Assembly (NCBI GenBank): GCA_020137815.1
Contig: CM035360.1
Span: 496,001 to 560,000 of the forward strand
Direction: 5' to 3'
DNA from: Hormiphora californensis
Taxonomy: Eukaryota > Animalia > Ctenophora
Length of the DNA stretch: 64,000 bases
Below the pieces are notes generated by a model. That model searched no databases. It was not told the origin of the DNA and worked only from the letters and a program-made list of their open reading frames with translations. Positions within the stretch are counted from its first letter, which is position 1. Every line of letters starts with the position of its first letter. Positions 39,718 to 52,659 of the stretch are shown piece by piece. The position numbers and the translations under genes are program-made.

Positions 39718-40076
39718 GGTCTGTTCTCCCATATCTCATTGACATTTATTTCTCTTTGATTCTCTGCCTACAGCTTGTTAATATCATCATACGCCATAAT
39801 TCAGGTTCATTTCCATCACAAAATTTTTGACATGACATATTTCCTTGATCTATAGATCATCAGTCAATATATTCCGTGACTGCGTTTGGCTTTGTGGCAA
39901 TATCGAGTTAAGAATTAACCTACAATATAATGTCCATTCTTTTACTTGATCCATCTTTTATTATTTCTGTTTCTCTCCCCTTAGTTAAAGTAACAAACTC
40001 TCCCCTTGGTTGTCTCACTTTCAGCCCGCCAGATTTGATTCAATGACTCGTCGTCTGCATGATCATGTGCAGCTAG

Positions 40077-40199
<123 letters not shown>

Positions 40200-40314
40200 T
40201 CTCTCCCCTCTCTCTCTCCTTCCGTCTTCATTTCTCGACCTATTAAATTATCTAACAATTCTAATTAAGTTACAATTACAATTTGATGTCCCTGTCTGTA
40301 ACATGCTGAATAGT

Positions 40315-40712
40315 CCGCCGACTCCATCTCTCATACAACAGCACTATTTTTCATACTCCTAGAAGTCTGATCTGTACCATGTCCGCCGACTCGATCTCTA
40401 CTACGGCTCACTATTTTTCATACTCCTAGAAGTCTGATCCGCCGACTCGATCTCTACTACAGCTCACTATTTTTCATACTCCTAGAGGTCTGATCTGTCC
40501 GACTCGATCTCTACTACAGCTCACTATTTTTCATACTCCTCCGCCGACTCCATCTCTTATACAACAGCACTATTTTTCATACTCCTAGAGGTCTGATCCG
40601 CCGACTCCATCTCTACTACAGCTCACTATTTTTCATACTCCTAGAGGTCTGATCTGTCCGACTCGATCTCTACTACAGCTCACTATTTTTCATACTCCTA
40701 GAGCTGTCTGAT
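40315..40712 (+). repeat. about 55-60-bp minisatellite, about 7 copies
   Basis: Unit about CCGACTCGATCTCTACTACAGCTCACTATTTTTCATACTCCTAGAGGTCTGAT. Confidence 0.85.
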
Positions 40713-41894
40713 CTGTAGCTCTGTATTCGGCTAGGCAGCTCGAATGAATCTGAGAGAGGATTCGGGGGTCTGAGATAGCCCCTTAATTCTAGGTCTCGAC
40801 TCTCGAATAAATCTGAGAGAGGATATAAGTATGGTTTCCCCCAACAATGTTCACCTTGTTTTTACGTGCGTAAAATTTACGCAATAAATAAAACACTGCT
40901 GCAGAACTGTACTGCAGCACTCAAAGACTTCCTGCAAAATTGTTGTGCTCAATATTTAGTTTCCAGACCCCCCTACGTGGGTGGGGCATAGCGTGGTATT
41001 AATCATGCTCGTGCAGAATAGAAATCATACATATAAGGTCAGTTAGTTTTATTCTTCAAAGATATTTTCCACGCCTAATTATTTTCTTAATCATCCACCC
41101 AAATAGTCTTTGAAGTTGCAGTTGAACAGTCTAATTGAAGTTGCAGGAATTTGTGCAGCAGATGGAGCTTAAAAAGAAACCAAAATCAGTGCGAATCTTT
41201 AGTTTTGTGTTTCAAGCTTGACAAGATAGTAAGGAATTTTCTCTTTCAAAGTTCTTAAATTTTAAGAGACATTTGTCATTTTGCTTGTTTGGATTCTACA
41301 TGTACCCTGATCTTGTCATGTTCTAACCCTCCTTTACATGTGTAAACAGATCAGTCCAGCTAGGCAACCCTGATCAGGGCCTGATCCTGACTGTTTCTAA
41401 TTCACCCTTCCTGTTAGAAAGAACTTCAAGTTTACTCTACCCTGATTCCTGCAGAATTCAGAATTGATGTTTAGGGTGAAGTCGTCAAGAGATTTTATTA
41501 ATAGTCCTCCACTCAACATATTTGAGTCAATGCAAGGTAGTTTAGTGCTAAAAATAAAGGTAGGGGGGTTGTTAAGCAAGGGGCAGGGAGGGGGGTTGGG
41601 GGGGGGGGGCTGTTAAGCAAGGGGCAGGGGGGTGCTAGAAGCAGCTCTGCGGAAGAGATCGGTAGAAGGATAGACCTCACACCCCACTCAACATAGTTGA
41701 GTCAACGCAAGGCCTAGACCAGGTCCAGTCGGCGGTGCGGCAACGATCGGTGTGAAAGCTTTGCCGCCCTAACAATTGGGAGAGAACTAAGAGACGAGAG
41801 ATGAGTGAGGAGACAAAGACGAGGAGAGAAGGAGAGGAGAGAATGGGAGCGAATAGAGAAAGAGACGAGAAGAGAGAGCAGCCATGAAATAATA

Positions 41895-43710
41895 GGGGGT
41901 TTTAAAAAAAAAAAACCCCCAAAAGGGGGGTTTTTTTAAAAAAAAAAACCCCAAAAAAAAAAAAAAAAAAGGGGGAAGGCAAAAAAAAAGGGGGGAAAAG
42001 AAAAAAAAAAAAATTTTTTTTTGGGGGGGAAAAAAAGGGGGTTTAAAAAAGGGGGGGGGGGGGGGGAAAAAAAGGGGGGGAAAAAAAAAAGGGGGGAAAA
42101 ATTTTTTTAAAATTTTGACCCCTTTTTTTTTTCCCCCTTTTTTTTTAAAAAATTTAAAAAAAACCCCCTTTTGGGGGGGTTTTTTTAAAAAATTTTGGGG
42201 GAATTAAAAAATTTTTTAAAAAAAGGGGTTTGGTTTTTTTAAAATTTTTTTTTAACCTTTGGGGGGGGTTTTTTTAAATTCCTTTTGGGGGGGGGGTTTT
42301 TAAGAAAAAAGGGGGGGGTTTGGGGGGAAAGGGGGGAAAAGGGGGGGGGTTTTTTTTAAAACCCCGGGGGGGTTTTTTTTTTCCCCCCCGGGGGGGGGTT
42401 TTTCCCTTTTTTTTTGGGGGGTTTTTTTGGCCCCCCCCCCTTTTTTTTGGGGGGAAAAAAGGGCCAAAGGAAATTTTTCCCGGGGGGGCCCCCCCCCCGG
42501 GGGGGAAAAATTTTTTTTTTTTTCCCCCCCCCCCCCGGTTTTTTTTGGGTTTTGCCCCCCGGGGAAAAATTTTTTTTTGGGCCCCCCGGAAAAATTCCCG
42601 GGGGGGGGGAAAAAACCCCCCCTTTGGGGGGGGTTTTTGGGGGGTTTTTGGGGGGGGGGAAAAAAATTTTTTTTTAAACCGGGGGGGGGGAAAGGATTGG
42701 GGGGGGGGGGGGAAAAACCCGGGGGGTTTTTTGGGGGGTTTTTTTTTTTTCCCCCCCCTTTTTTAAAAGGGCAAAAAAATTTTGGGGGGGTTTTGGGAAA
42801 AGGGAGAAAGGGGGGGATAAAGGAAAAAAAAGGGGGAAAAAAAAAATTTTTTTAAAATGTTTTCCCTTTTTTTTTTTAAAAAGGGGAAGGGGGGGGGTTT
42901 TTGGGGGGGTTTTTTTTTTTTTTTTCCCCCCCTTTTTGGGCCCCCCCCCCCAAAAAGGGGGAAATTTTTTTGGGGGGGGGGGGGGGAAAAAAAAAGGGGG
43001 GGAAAAAAAAAAAAGGGGGAAAAAAAAAAGGGGGGGAAAAAGGGGGGGGGGAAAGGGGGGGGAAAATTTTAAAAAAAAATTTTTTTTTTTGGGTTTTTTT
43101 TTGGGGTTTTTTAAAAAGGGGGGGAAAAAAGGCCCCCCCAAACCCCCCAAAAAAAAAAAAAAAAAAAAAACCCCCCCCCCCCCTTTTTTTTTTGGGGGGG
43201 GGGGGGTTTTTTTTTTTCCCCCCCCCCCCTTTTTTTTTTCCCCCCCTTTTGGGGGGTTTTCCCCGGGGTTTTTTCCCCCCCCGGGTTTGGGGTTTCCCCC
43301 CAAAAAAAAAAGGGGGGGGGGGGGGGGGGGGAGGGGGGGGGGGGGGGGTTTGGGGGGGGGGGGGGGGGGGGGCCCCCCCCCCCCCTTTTTTTTTCCCCTT
43401 TTTCCCCTCTCTCCCCCCCCTTTTTCCCCCCCCCTTCTCCCCTTTCCCTATGTCATTACAAAAAATTTTTTTTAAAGGGGGGGAAACCCTCGCCCCCCGG
43501 GGGGGGGCCCCCCCCCAAAAAAAAAAAAAAATTTTTTTATTTTTTTAAAAAAAAAATTTTCCTTTTTTTTTTTTTTCCCCCCCCCCCGGGGGGGGGTTTT
43601 TAAAGTTTTTTTTAAAAAGGGGGGGGTTAAAAATTTTTTAAAAAAAATTTAATAATACCTTTTTTTTTTTGAAAAAAAATTTTTTTTTTTGGGGGGAAAA
43701 ATTTTTTTCC
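41895..43710. other. low-quality homopolymer-smeared sequence (probable assembly artefact)
   Basis: Almost entirely alternating homopolymer runs. Confidence 0.9.
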
Positions 43711-44430
43711 CAATGTGTCATCAACAAGGACTTCCGTCTCCACAGCAACAGGTAATAATAACTTTGCGGGTTTGAGCTCCCATTTTGGTAGCATATGGGT
43801 ATTAATAACTTTGCGGTTTTGAGCTCCCATTTTGGTAACACATGGGTGTTAATAACTTTGCGGTTTTGAGCTCCCATTTTGGTAGCATATATGGGTGTTA
43901 ATAACTTTGCAGTTTTGAGCTCCCATGTTTTGGTAACATGGGTATAAATAATTTTGCGCTTACTTTCGCTCTTGATCATCAGTGTCTGCTGTGACTGATT
44001 TCATTTTCTTGTCATTCGTATATATTTAGTCTCTTGCTATCTCTTGTTATGATATTGTGATATTTCGACTGTTATAGCAACTTCTGATCCTACTAGAATT
44101 ATCCTGCAAGAGGTCTATCCTCATTCCAGAAATACTTCGTGGCGCGAGGCTATTTATGGAACGCCCTCCTTGGTCCAAACAGTAATTGATTCCAAAGTAC
44201 CGGCCCTCATGCCCATTAGTTAATATATATAATCAATATTTCTATCTATATTTACTCCTTGGAGCCTATAAGATGTTAATATAAAGTTCCTTTACCCCCC
44301 CCCCCCCAATTAATTAACCCCCCCATTATTTAACCCCTCAATTAATTACCCCCTCCTCAGAGAGTAGAGTTACAGCACGATTATTACAACCCCGAGGAAC
44401 CTCAATTAATTACCCCCCCCCCCTTCTCAG

Positions 44431-47400
44431 AGAGTAGAGTTACAGCACGATTATTACAACCCCGGGGAACTTCCCAGTGTTATCCAGATCAGATCAAGAT
44501 ATTAGGGGAGTGTAGAGAACTACCCTGTAGAAACGGGTATTACCCAGTAGGGCGGAACTGCTACCGTGAGTCGTTCGATCCCTCCTTTAACCTTGTTGAA
44601 TTGACGTTATTATAAAACCACCATCTTTCTCTCTGCACAGGGTTCCCCAACCCGTTATCACCATCTCCCCTACAGGGTGCCCCTCGGGTTGTGCCCTCTG
44701 TACAGTTGATGGTATCTGTACAACCTGTAACCGGGACCTGGTTCTGCACATAGGACGATGTGTAGCAGCCTGTCCGAGGAGGTTCAAGGAAGTAATTTCT
44801 GAAGGCCTACCAATTGTTCGGTTATGCGTGAAACGAGGCACATCCGGTAAATAATACTTAGTTGTTCTCGCTCAGCTTCTTTTTTATGATAGCTTTTTCT
44901 CTCTCCGATCTCTATAATAGGAAGTAGGAACTGTTTCTCCAATGACATGTCCCTCTCTTTATACAGTGTCGACCTGCAAGATTGGATCCTGGTCAGAATG
45001 GTCCCCGTGTACGGAGGGTATCAAGTTGAAAACCAGGAGAGTAGCCCCGACACCTACCTGTGCAGGGGTAACTCCCATCTCTTATACTCGCTGTGATGCT
45101 GCTGAACCAACAACACAGACAGGTGGGTGTGATGGTGATGTGGGTGATGGTGATGTGGGTGATGGTGATGTGGGTGATGGTGATGACAACATTTGATTCA
45201 ACTTAGGTGTCATGACAACAGGTGTCATGACAAGATTTGATTCAGCTTAGCTTTAGGTCCCATGACAACAGGTGTTATTACAACATTTCTAGTTTTTGTC
45301 ATGATAACCAATAGTTGATTTAGCTATGTCGCGTCGGAGTGAGTGAGAGAGAGACTGTGATCCACGGCCGACAGGCCCAATGCTAACGACCAGAGTAGTA
45401 GTAGTCTGTTATCATGTATTCAGTATTCACTCAACTACTAAATCAATTACTGGCTGAGTACGCGCTGCATATTATTATAGGTACTAAAAGTTGTCTGCAG
45501 GATAATGAACATTATAGGGGTCTCGACCATGTCTTGAAAATTTAAGATGGCTAGACCCCTGGATCTGAAATTTTCCACTCCTCTCCCCTCTTTACCCTCC
45601 TGTCAGACCAATGCTCTGACAGTGACCCCTCATGTTACCCTCCAGCTCTGGCCCTCTCCCTCTCCCCAGGATCTAACAGTTCCCCCCCCCAGGTTCCCCA
45701 CCGTGTACTGATGAGCTATGGTCAGACTGGGAGTATGAGAACTGTGATGACTCCTGTAACTGGACAGGGAGGAGGAGAAGGAGGAGGAGGAGGCGGTTCT
45801 CTAATAACCCACTAGGATACAATAGTGGTTGTGATGGTTCAACTGAGGAGGAAGAATTGGAGCCTTGTCCCTGTGGGATGAAACGTGAGTTTTAGTAATT
45901 TAGCTTGCTCCTTTACATTCCTGATGATTTACTATTTAGTTGAGTCACCTGACACTGTGTCCGTAAAGTATGAACAATACAGCGTGATATTCTATCTTTA
46001 TACGACTGAGGGGGACCACATACAGCACCGGTGCGAACTCCAGAACGTCGCACCACATACTGTCGGTGGAAACTTCAGTACAGTGACGCTCCAGTTGCTA
46101 AATTGAAACTGACATCAGTATCTGAAACTGATGTCAGTTTCAAACTTTGTAACTGGTCCCGCTCCAGTTGCTAAATTGAAACTTACATCAGGTTTTTGAA
46201 ACTGATGTCAGTTTCAAACTTTGTAACTGGACCCTGAGTGTATGTGGTGCCTCTTACTGAACAATCAATAAAAAACCTTCAAAACAAGCTAAAAACACGT
46301 AATTTTTTGTGAAATATCTTCCTCTCACTAATACCGAACTCTCTCTACCTCCTTTTCTCTCTCTTGTTATGTTTATCTCCACTTATCTCTCTCTTATCTT
46401 TCCCGATTGCAGCACATATTTTCTCGATATGTCGGATAATCTCGCCCTTGTTCTAGGTGTGGCCCTTTCTGTCGTAGTGAGAGTGCGTGCGCCTCTTATT
46501 GGTTGCTGTGGTGTGGGTGTGTGTGTGTATTGTGAGATGCAGGTCTGTCATTGGCTAGTGCGCGCACGTGACCCCCACGTGACCTTTCAGTTCAGTACGA
46601 AGAGCACATACAGCACCGTACTGATCTTTTCTGAGCTAAGCTCACGTGAGATTGTGTACTGATAGTCCCACCGATATTTATCAGTAAGAGGCACCACATA
46701 CGGCAGTGCGTACTGGAGTTTGCACCGAAAGTGTTGTATGTGCTAGTGAGAACTGAAGTTAGAGGCACCACATACGGCGGTGCGAATTTCAGTACAGTGC
46801 TGTATGTGGTCCCCCATACGTAGAGGCTAAATTCGGATCGTGTCTGCATCCTGACCTGCCTGGTTGTGTCTGTTAAAGTAATTTTGAACTATCACGTATT
46901 ACGACATAGGAATGCGATCAGGGTAATTTCGGAACTCAAAGTGATTGATTTGTCTCGTCTTTCTATTTGTGTTCCGGATTGTAAGACCTCGATTTTATTG
47001 TCGGAACTGAAATAAAAGAAAACGGGTATTATGATTGGATCATCATTTAAAAACAAGGAATCATTAACCAACTAAACTAGACTGCACTATCAAAGATCTT
47101 TGTGTAACTGCAGAATAGACTGGGAATTCATGTTTTTAGTAAAATTGATCCCTCCCCTCGTACAAGCATCATTTTATGAATCATGGTCATATATTCCAGC
47201 CCTGATCATCTCTTTCCTTGTCTCTTAGGCAAATGTTTCATCTTGATAAGTAACTTTTTGACCCACCATCACTCACTCCCCCGTCAACAATTAGACAAGG
47301 AGGATACGTATCTGATATCGGTATCTCAATTACAGTTTCAAAATGAGTCATGGATCAGGGATCCCTGTCTGTTTCTTTCTCGGTTCTCTTACCGGTTCAG

Positions 47401-50156
47401 TTAACATATCTCTCACTCCCTCCGCACCTACCGCAGACTCAACTGACTTTTTTGCAGAGGCTCACTCACAAGAATCGCTCTGCAGAACCCCCCCCCCCCC
47501 TTGACTCACTGATCCTAATTCCTATCACTGCCAATCCCTCTCACTCAGAACCCAAATATTTGCACCAAGTATTATTTATTGACCACTCCCATATCATCCA
47601 CGACCCTATCAATCCTTGCTGTTACCCAATACGATCTAGGTTCTTGGGTGCCCCTGCCCCTGCCCTGGGAAGGGGGGACCTATAATTATCAAGCTCTTCG
47701 TTTCCCTTCCCTATAATTATAAGGCCTTACCAAGTCCTCCCTAGGCCTTAGCTGTCTCTCTCTCTCTCCCCGTTAACCCCCTCTAACCCCGTCTCTCTCT
47801 AAATTCACTCTAACCCCCTCTAACCCCCTCTTACCCTCCCGTAAACCCCCTCTCTATACCATCTCTCTAACCCCATCTCTCTCCCTCCTAACCCCTTCTA
47901 ACCCCCTCTCCCATCCCTCTAACCCCCTTCTAACCCCCTCTCACCCCCTCTTACCCTCCCGTTAACCCCCTCTCTAACCCCTCCCTCTAACCCCTCCCTC
48001 TCAAAAACCCTCCAACCCCCCTCTAACCCCCTCTCCCCTCTCTTTTTTCTCTAACCCCCACCCCTCAGCGGGGGGAACTCAGAAATGAGTTCTTCGTGCC
48101 AGCTGAGCTCTTCAAGCTCAGTCCCGTTGCCGTGGGCCTGGTTGGCTGATGGTCCAGTGATTACGGTCAAATCACACCGGCTCTCTCCCCAAGTACGGGG
48201 AGTAAACTTTGCCAGAGACCTTGCCGGACTCAATTATGGCACCGAGCTCTTGCAGTGAAACTATACCAGTTGAACTGATAATCTCACCCCCGCCAGTAAC
48301 TTTGTTACACATGGCACCGAGCTCTTGCAGTGCAACTGATCCCAGTTGAACTGATAATCTCACTTGAAATAGGGTCTATCCCTAGGTTGAGTAAACGGAA
48401 TTTATTAAATTAAATCCCAGTTACTAAGCCTACTTAATCGCGGTCGCTGATGACCATTATGAATCAGCACATAACCTCCATGATAACAATGGCTAGACTA
48501 CCGGGACATTGCCGAGAATATTCTCACTCCCGACCAAACACTCGACCTGATAAAACTCACCTAACTTACAGCCAGATGCAACCACCCCTAACCATCCTGA
48601 TCTGAAACAGGTAACAGAGTCGAGACTGTTACCTAGGAGGGACTACACACATGCACATCTACCTTAGGACCCGCGAGTAATGGGGCAGGTCTGGGACCAC
48701 TCGGCCACCCCGCCTCCTTAGGCAAGTATTAAATCCGCAAAATGCACACCACTGGGGGCTGATACTTGCGCAATGCCTCACAGTGTTACTTTAAGTGTAG
48801 ACGCTTAACCGTGCAATATAAGTCTAAGAAATTAGACTTTTCCGGACCTCCTGGCTGTATGCAGATCTGTGTACTAGCGGTATCGACCCAAGGCCTAGAG
48901 TGTGATAAGATTTGTCAACCGACACAGGCCTCACGGGCTGTGAGTTATCGCTGTGGCAAATTCGGAAGACCCACCTACTTCTACAGCTCCTTGCAGCAGT
49001 AGCAACCGAAGACCAGCCAGGGAGGCAGGTAAATTTCACCCATTGTCCCAACATACAAGACACGCTGGTCTCTATTAAGCCGTGAATCAAAACTCTTCAT
49101 GTGGTGCCGGAACAGTTCGAGGGAAATGTGGAGCTTGCTCTGCAGAACACCAGGACTGAACCGGAGAACACCAACACTGTCCCTTTGTGTGGAGGGTAGT
49201 GGCGTGGAGTGATTATAATGGAGGTCGGCTGTCGACCTATGAAGGGGCAGCACAGTGGGCGGAATGATGGGAGGTGCTAAACACACACACACACACACCC
49301 CCTCTTACCCTCCCGTTAACCCCCTCTCTAACCCCTCCCTCTAACCCCTCCCTCTAAAAAACCCTCCAACCCCCCTCTAACCCCCTCTCCCCTCTATTTT
49401 TTCTCTAACCCCACCCCTCCCCTTTCTAGGTCTGTGCATGTGGGAGGGTTGGAGTGAGTGGGGAGACTGTGATTCTTTTTGTGGGTCTGGAACCCAAACC
49501 CGGACCAGGGCCAGCTTGAACGGGGAGTGTGCTACACAGACTGAATCTAGAATCTGCGAAAACAAACCATGTACAGGTAATCGATTGAAATTAACAATAG
49601 TTAACACATGATCAACTTGGATATCAAATCCCGGAAAGGAAAAAGGTTTTGTACTACAAATTTTCAATTCATTTCAGTAAAGAAAGAACCACTAGATATA
49701 ATACTGACCACCCATCCCTTCCCTATAGATGTGTGTAATGATAAACTGTTGGGCTCATGGTCCGCCTGGTCCACGTGCTCCAAAGACACGTGCACCAGAC
49801 AGCGTGTTAGACTGGGCCTCTTTCACCGTGTTGAATTATACTGCGGAAAGGAACACCTGGTGCAGGAGAAATCTTGTCGGACTAGAAACTGCCCCCGTGA
49901 GTTTTGATGGATTTAATTAATTGAGTTGCTGATTATGTTGTGGTGAACACAAACAGTTCAGCAAATCGATAATAACAGTTATTGATTGGTGATGGTACCT
50001 AATTAACACTAATTATCTCCACTAGGTGAGTGCCGAGTAAGTGGTTGGAGTGGTTGGAGTGAGTGTAATGGCCGGTCGAAGTACCGGACACGTGATATAA
50101 TCCAAGAAGGGGACATGTGTCCAGAACTGTACGATTCAATACCATGCACCAGCTGA
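44431..50156 (+). CDS. furin-like Cys-rich + 5x thrombospondin type-1 protein, R-spondin-like core (exons 44431-44565, 44676-44846, 44967-45122, 45693-45884, 49430-49576, 49729-49896, 50026-50156; further upstream exons near 43711-43751 and 44078-44181)
   Basis: CYPDQIKILGECRELPCRNGYYPVGRNCYRCPSGCALCTVDGICTTCNRDLVLHIGRCVAACP, then WSEWSPC, WSDWEYENC, WSEWGDC, WSAWSTC, WSGWSEC repeats. All phase-1 GT-AG introns. Stop TGA at 50154-50156. Confidence 0.85.
46010..46815. mobile_element. TIR non-autonomous element in intron
   Basis: GGGGGACCACATACAGCAC / GTGCTGTATGTGGTCCCCC termini, with internal CACCACATAC repeats. Confidence 0.7.
48067..49295 (+). mobile_element. putative retroposon-like insert (hairpin-rich 5' end, (CA)n 3' end) between 125-bp direct repeats
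   Basis: 47942-48066 is repeated at 49296-49419. Several stem-loops at 48070-48230. Confidence 0.5.
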
Positions 50157-51579
50157 GAGAATAACTACTCAATGTCTCCCCCTGCGGGGCGATATTATCG
50201 AGATACGATATGATCTGGATCAAGATATGATGATGGTATGTACCTTGGCAAGAAATAACACGTGCCCAGCCAAACAGTGTGGAGCCCTAGATCACACGTG
50301 GTAATAACAATAGTTCTGGGTACGTGACATGTGGTAAAGAGGATACCGTGTAAAAACAAAGACAGAAATTCAGAAATTGTTGCCATGGAAACCTAAAGAC
50401 TCTGATCTTTCCCAGATAATACAGTGTAGATACACAGTTGCATGAAAAACCAAAATGTAGTATTACAACTCACGGAGTTACTTTAGGAACAAAACAAATA
50501 GAGTTTAGAAATACAAATAACAGATTTAATATAGTTCATGTGTTGATTTGACCATGTTAGATTTAATATATTGAGTTCTTTATTTAACTGCGATATAATT
50601 TTAACTGCACAATTAATTTACTGAAACGAACTTTCAGATGCAATAACACCGTTCCTTTTCACTTCTATTATAATTGACAACTCGTAAACTATCAAATTGT
50701 TGCACCTCTGCAAGAGTGCTGTCTGGAGATGCCGCGACCCGATCTAAGCGCACTATCAGACAGTTACAAATTGAGTGCAGGGGTGATCGCCAGACATTCA
50801 ATCACTTCCGGATTCAATGCTTCACCGCTCTCCTTCCCTTCCTCCCCGCTCTCCCTGCATTCTGTCGACAGCAGCCAAACAGATTGTCCATCATTCTCCG
50901 GAATCGACCCATGGTTTCAGCTGTCCTGCTGACCTGCTGCTATTAAGATATGAGTAAAGTTTTAAAGCTAAATTAGCGTAGCTACTAAAATAAACCATGC
51001 ATATAAAATTGAAAAAAGACACGCGGCTGGTAGAACTATGAATAGTGAAAACCCGGAACCAAACAGCAACTAGGTAGGTGTTTGTTGAATGTGTCGTACT
51101 TTCATCAACTGCCGCTGCAGATGTGTAAGTTGAATTGCTCCGGACACAGTGTCATGCGACTCGAGATGTGTAAACATGGCCCTGCTTTGTTCCGGTTTTT
51201 GCTTTCCGGAAATACTTTGTTTACACATGGTTTTAAACATGTTTATATAGTTTTACACGTGGTTTTTGATTCAACCAGTCACACAAAAGTTGCCCGGATC
51301 AATACATGACATGTTATAAGACACGGTGTTTAGTTTGAAATATTCAAAACTAATTAACTAGAATTATATACTTAGCAACAGCTACACCGTGGCGGCTAGT
51401 TTATAACGCATTCTAACTTCTGTCATTCAATCGGCTTTGGGTCCATCGCAACCTATTCTCGCACGACGTCGATCCCACTCAGGTATCAATGTGCAGGCCA
51501 ACGATCGCGGCTTTGGATTATTGATACTCCATACTGTAAGCCAGTAGAAGTCCGTAAACGAATTCTAAATATCATGATA

Positions 51580-52659
51580 TTAGATATTAGTTTCCGGTAT
51601 GTTCTTATTGTCTTCACAGCGATTCCTGACATCGACTGGCACAACAGCTGCTCTTCTCGCACTGTGTTTATCGTTTTTAAAAACAGAACCTCTACTCATA
51701 GCGATATAAATTATTGGATTCAAGAATGAGTTCAATGGCGCTAGGACATTATAAGTGAAAAATAGCAGTATCATCAGACTAAAAGATCTACTCTGCATTT
51801 CTAATTCAATAGATGCTGCACTCAATTGATCCTTGTTTTTAATAATCAGTTGATCACCCACAAGCACACAAATCATATTAAACAAACTGAGACCGTTTAT
51901 AAATAGAACTCTAAGTGTGCTACCAAGGGACCGACCACTGCTGTTTTGAACTGGGTTCAACCACCGTTGGAAAAGATGCCACACTGTCATTGCTCCACAT
52001 ACGACACCAGCGCTTAGGAACACCCAGCTTGGCACAAAATAAATATACTCCAGACTCAGAGAAGAGATATAGAACTCTGATATATGTAACCCATTCTGAG
52101 GAAAACACACTTGGCAGTAGTTTACAAACACCGACTCTTTTAAAATGTAACCTGCATAAAATGAATAAAACCCTTGTAATAATGTCATGATACCAAAACA
52201 TAGGAAAAGGGAACCGAAAAAAGTTTTTCGTGGTATCTCCCTAAAGGGGAATTTTATCTGTAAGAATCTCGCTACTGTAAGATAGCTAGTAATGATAAAC
52301 GGAGCATCATAGAGAAATTTGTATGTAAAGGAGTAAATTAAGCATCTTTGCGTAACATTTCGATTCATGTAGTAATAATATTGATCTTCACATATGTCTG
52401 ATTGCGTAATGTCGTTAAAGCAGTTTGGGTCTTTTTGTTTCCAAAGGCCGACAGCTAGTCTAGTACCGATGAAAGGACAGGCGAAGAGATCCACAGCGCC
52501 GAGCACAAGGTAAAGGTCTCGTGCGAAGGATGAGTTTTTCCAGTAGTTGTGTCGTAGTACTAGGAAATTGAGAGGAATTCCAATTACAGCTAGCAGAATG
52601 AAGAAGATCATCAGTGGAAAATCTGGAAATGAAGTTCCTCCTTCACTAAAAATTGCCAT
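51580..52659 (-). CDS. single-exon rhodopsin-like (class A) GPCR
   Basis: 359 aa with seven hydrophobic segments: GIPLNFLV (TM1), LGAVDL (TM2), TVARFLQIKFPF (DRY-like), NSFLNPIIY (NPxxY). Confidence 0.88.
   Translation of the reverse strand: MAIFSEGGTSFPDFPLMIFFILLAVIGIPLNFLVLRHNYWKNSSFARDLYLVLGAVDLFACPFIGTRLAVGLWKQKDPNCFNDITQSDICEDQYYYYMNRNVTQRCLIYSFTYKFLYDAPFIITSYLTVARFLQIKFPFREIPRKTFFGSLFLCFGIMTLLQGFYSFYAGYILKESVFVNYCQVCFPQNGLHISEFYISSLSLEYIYFVPSWVFLSAGVVCGAMTVWHLFQRWLNPVQNSSGRSLGSTLRVLFINGLSLFNMICVLVGDQLIIKNKDQLSAASIELEMQSRSFSLMILLFFTYNVLAPLNSFLNPIIYIAMSRGSVFKNDKHSARRAAVVPVDVRNRCEDNKNIPETNI

Noticed and set aside
41895-43710. G/K/F/P-rich ORFs and G-quadruplex-like tracts
   Set aside because: Homopolymer-smeared sequence typical of failed base-calling; the same applies to about 10.8-12.5 kb.
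51580-52659. GPCR as an LGR receptor partnering the neighbouring R-spondin-like gene
   Set aside because: Very short N-terminus with no leucine-rich-repeat ectodomain.
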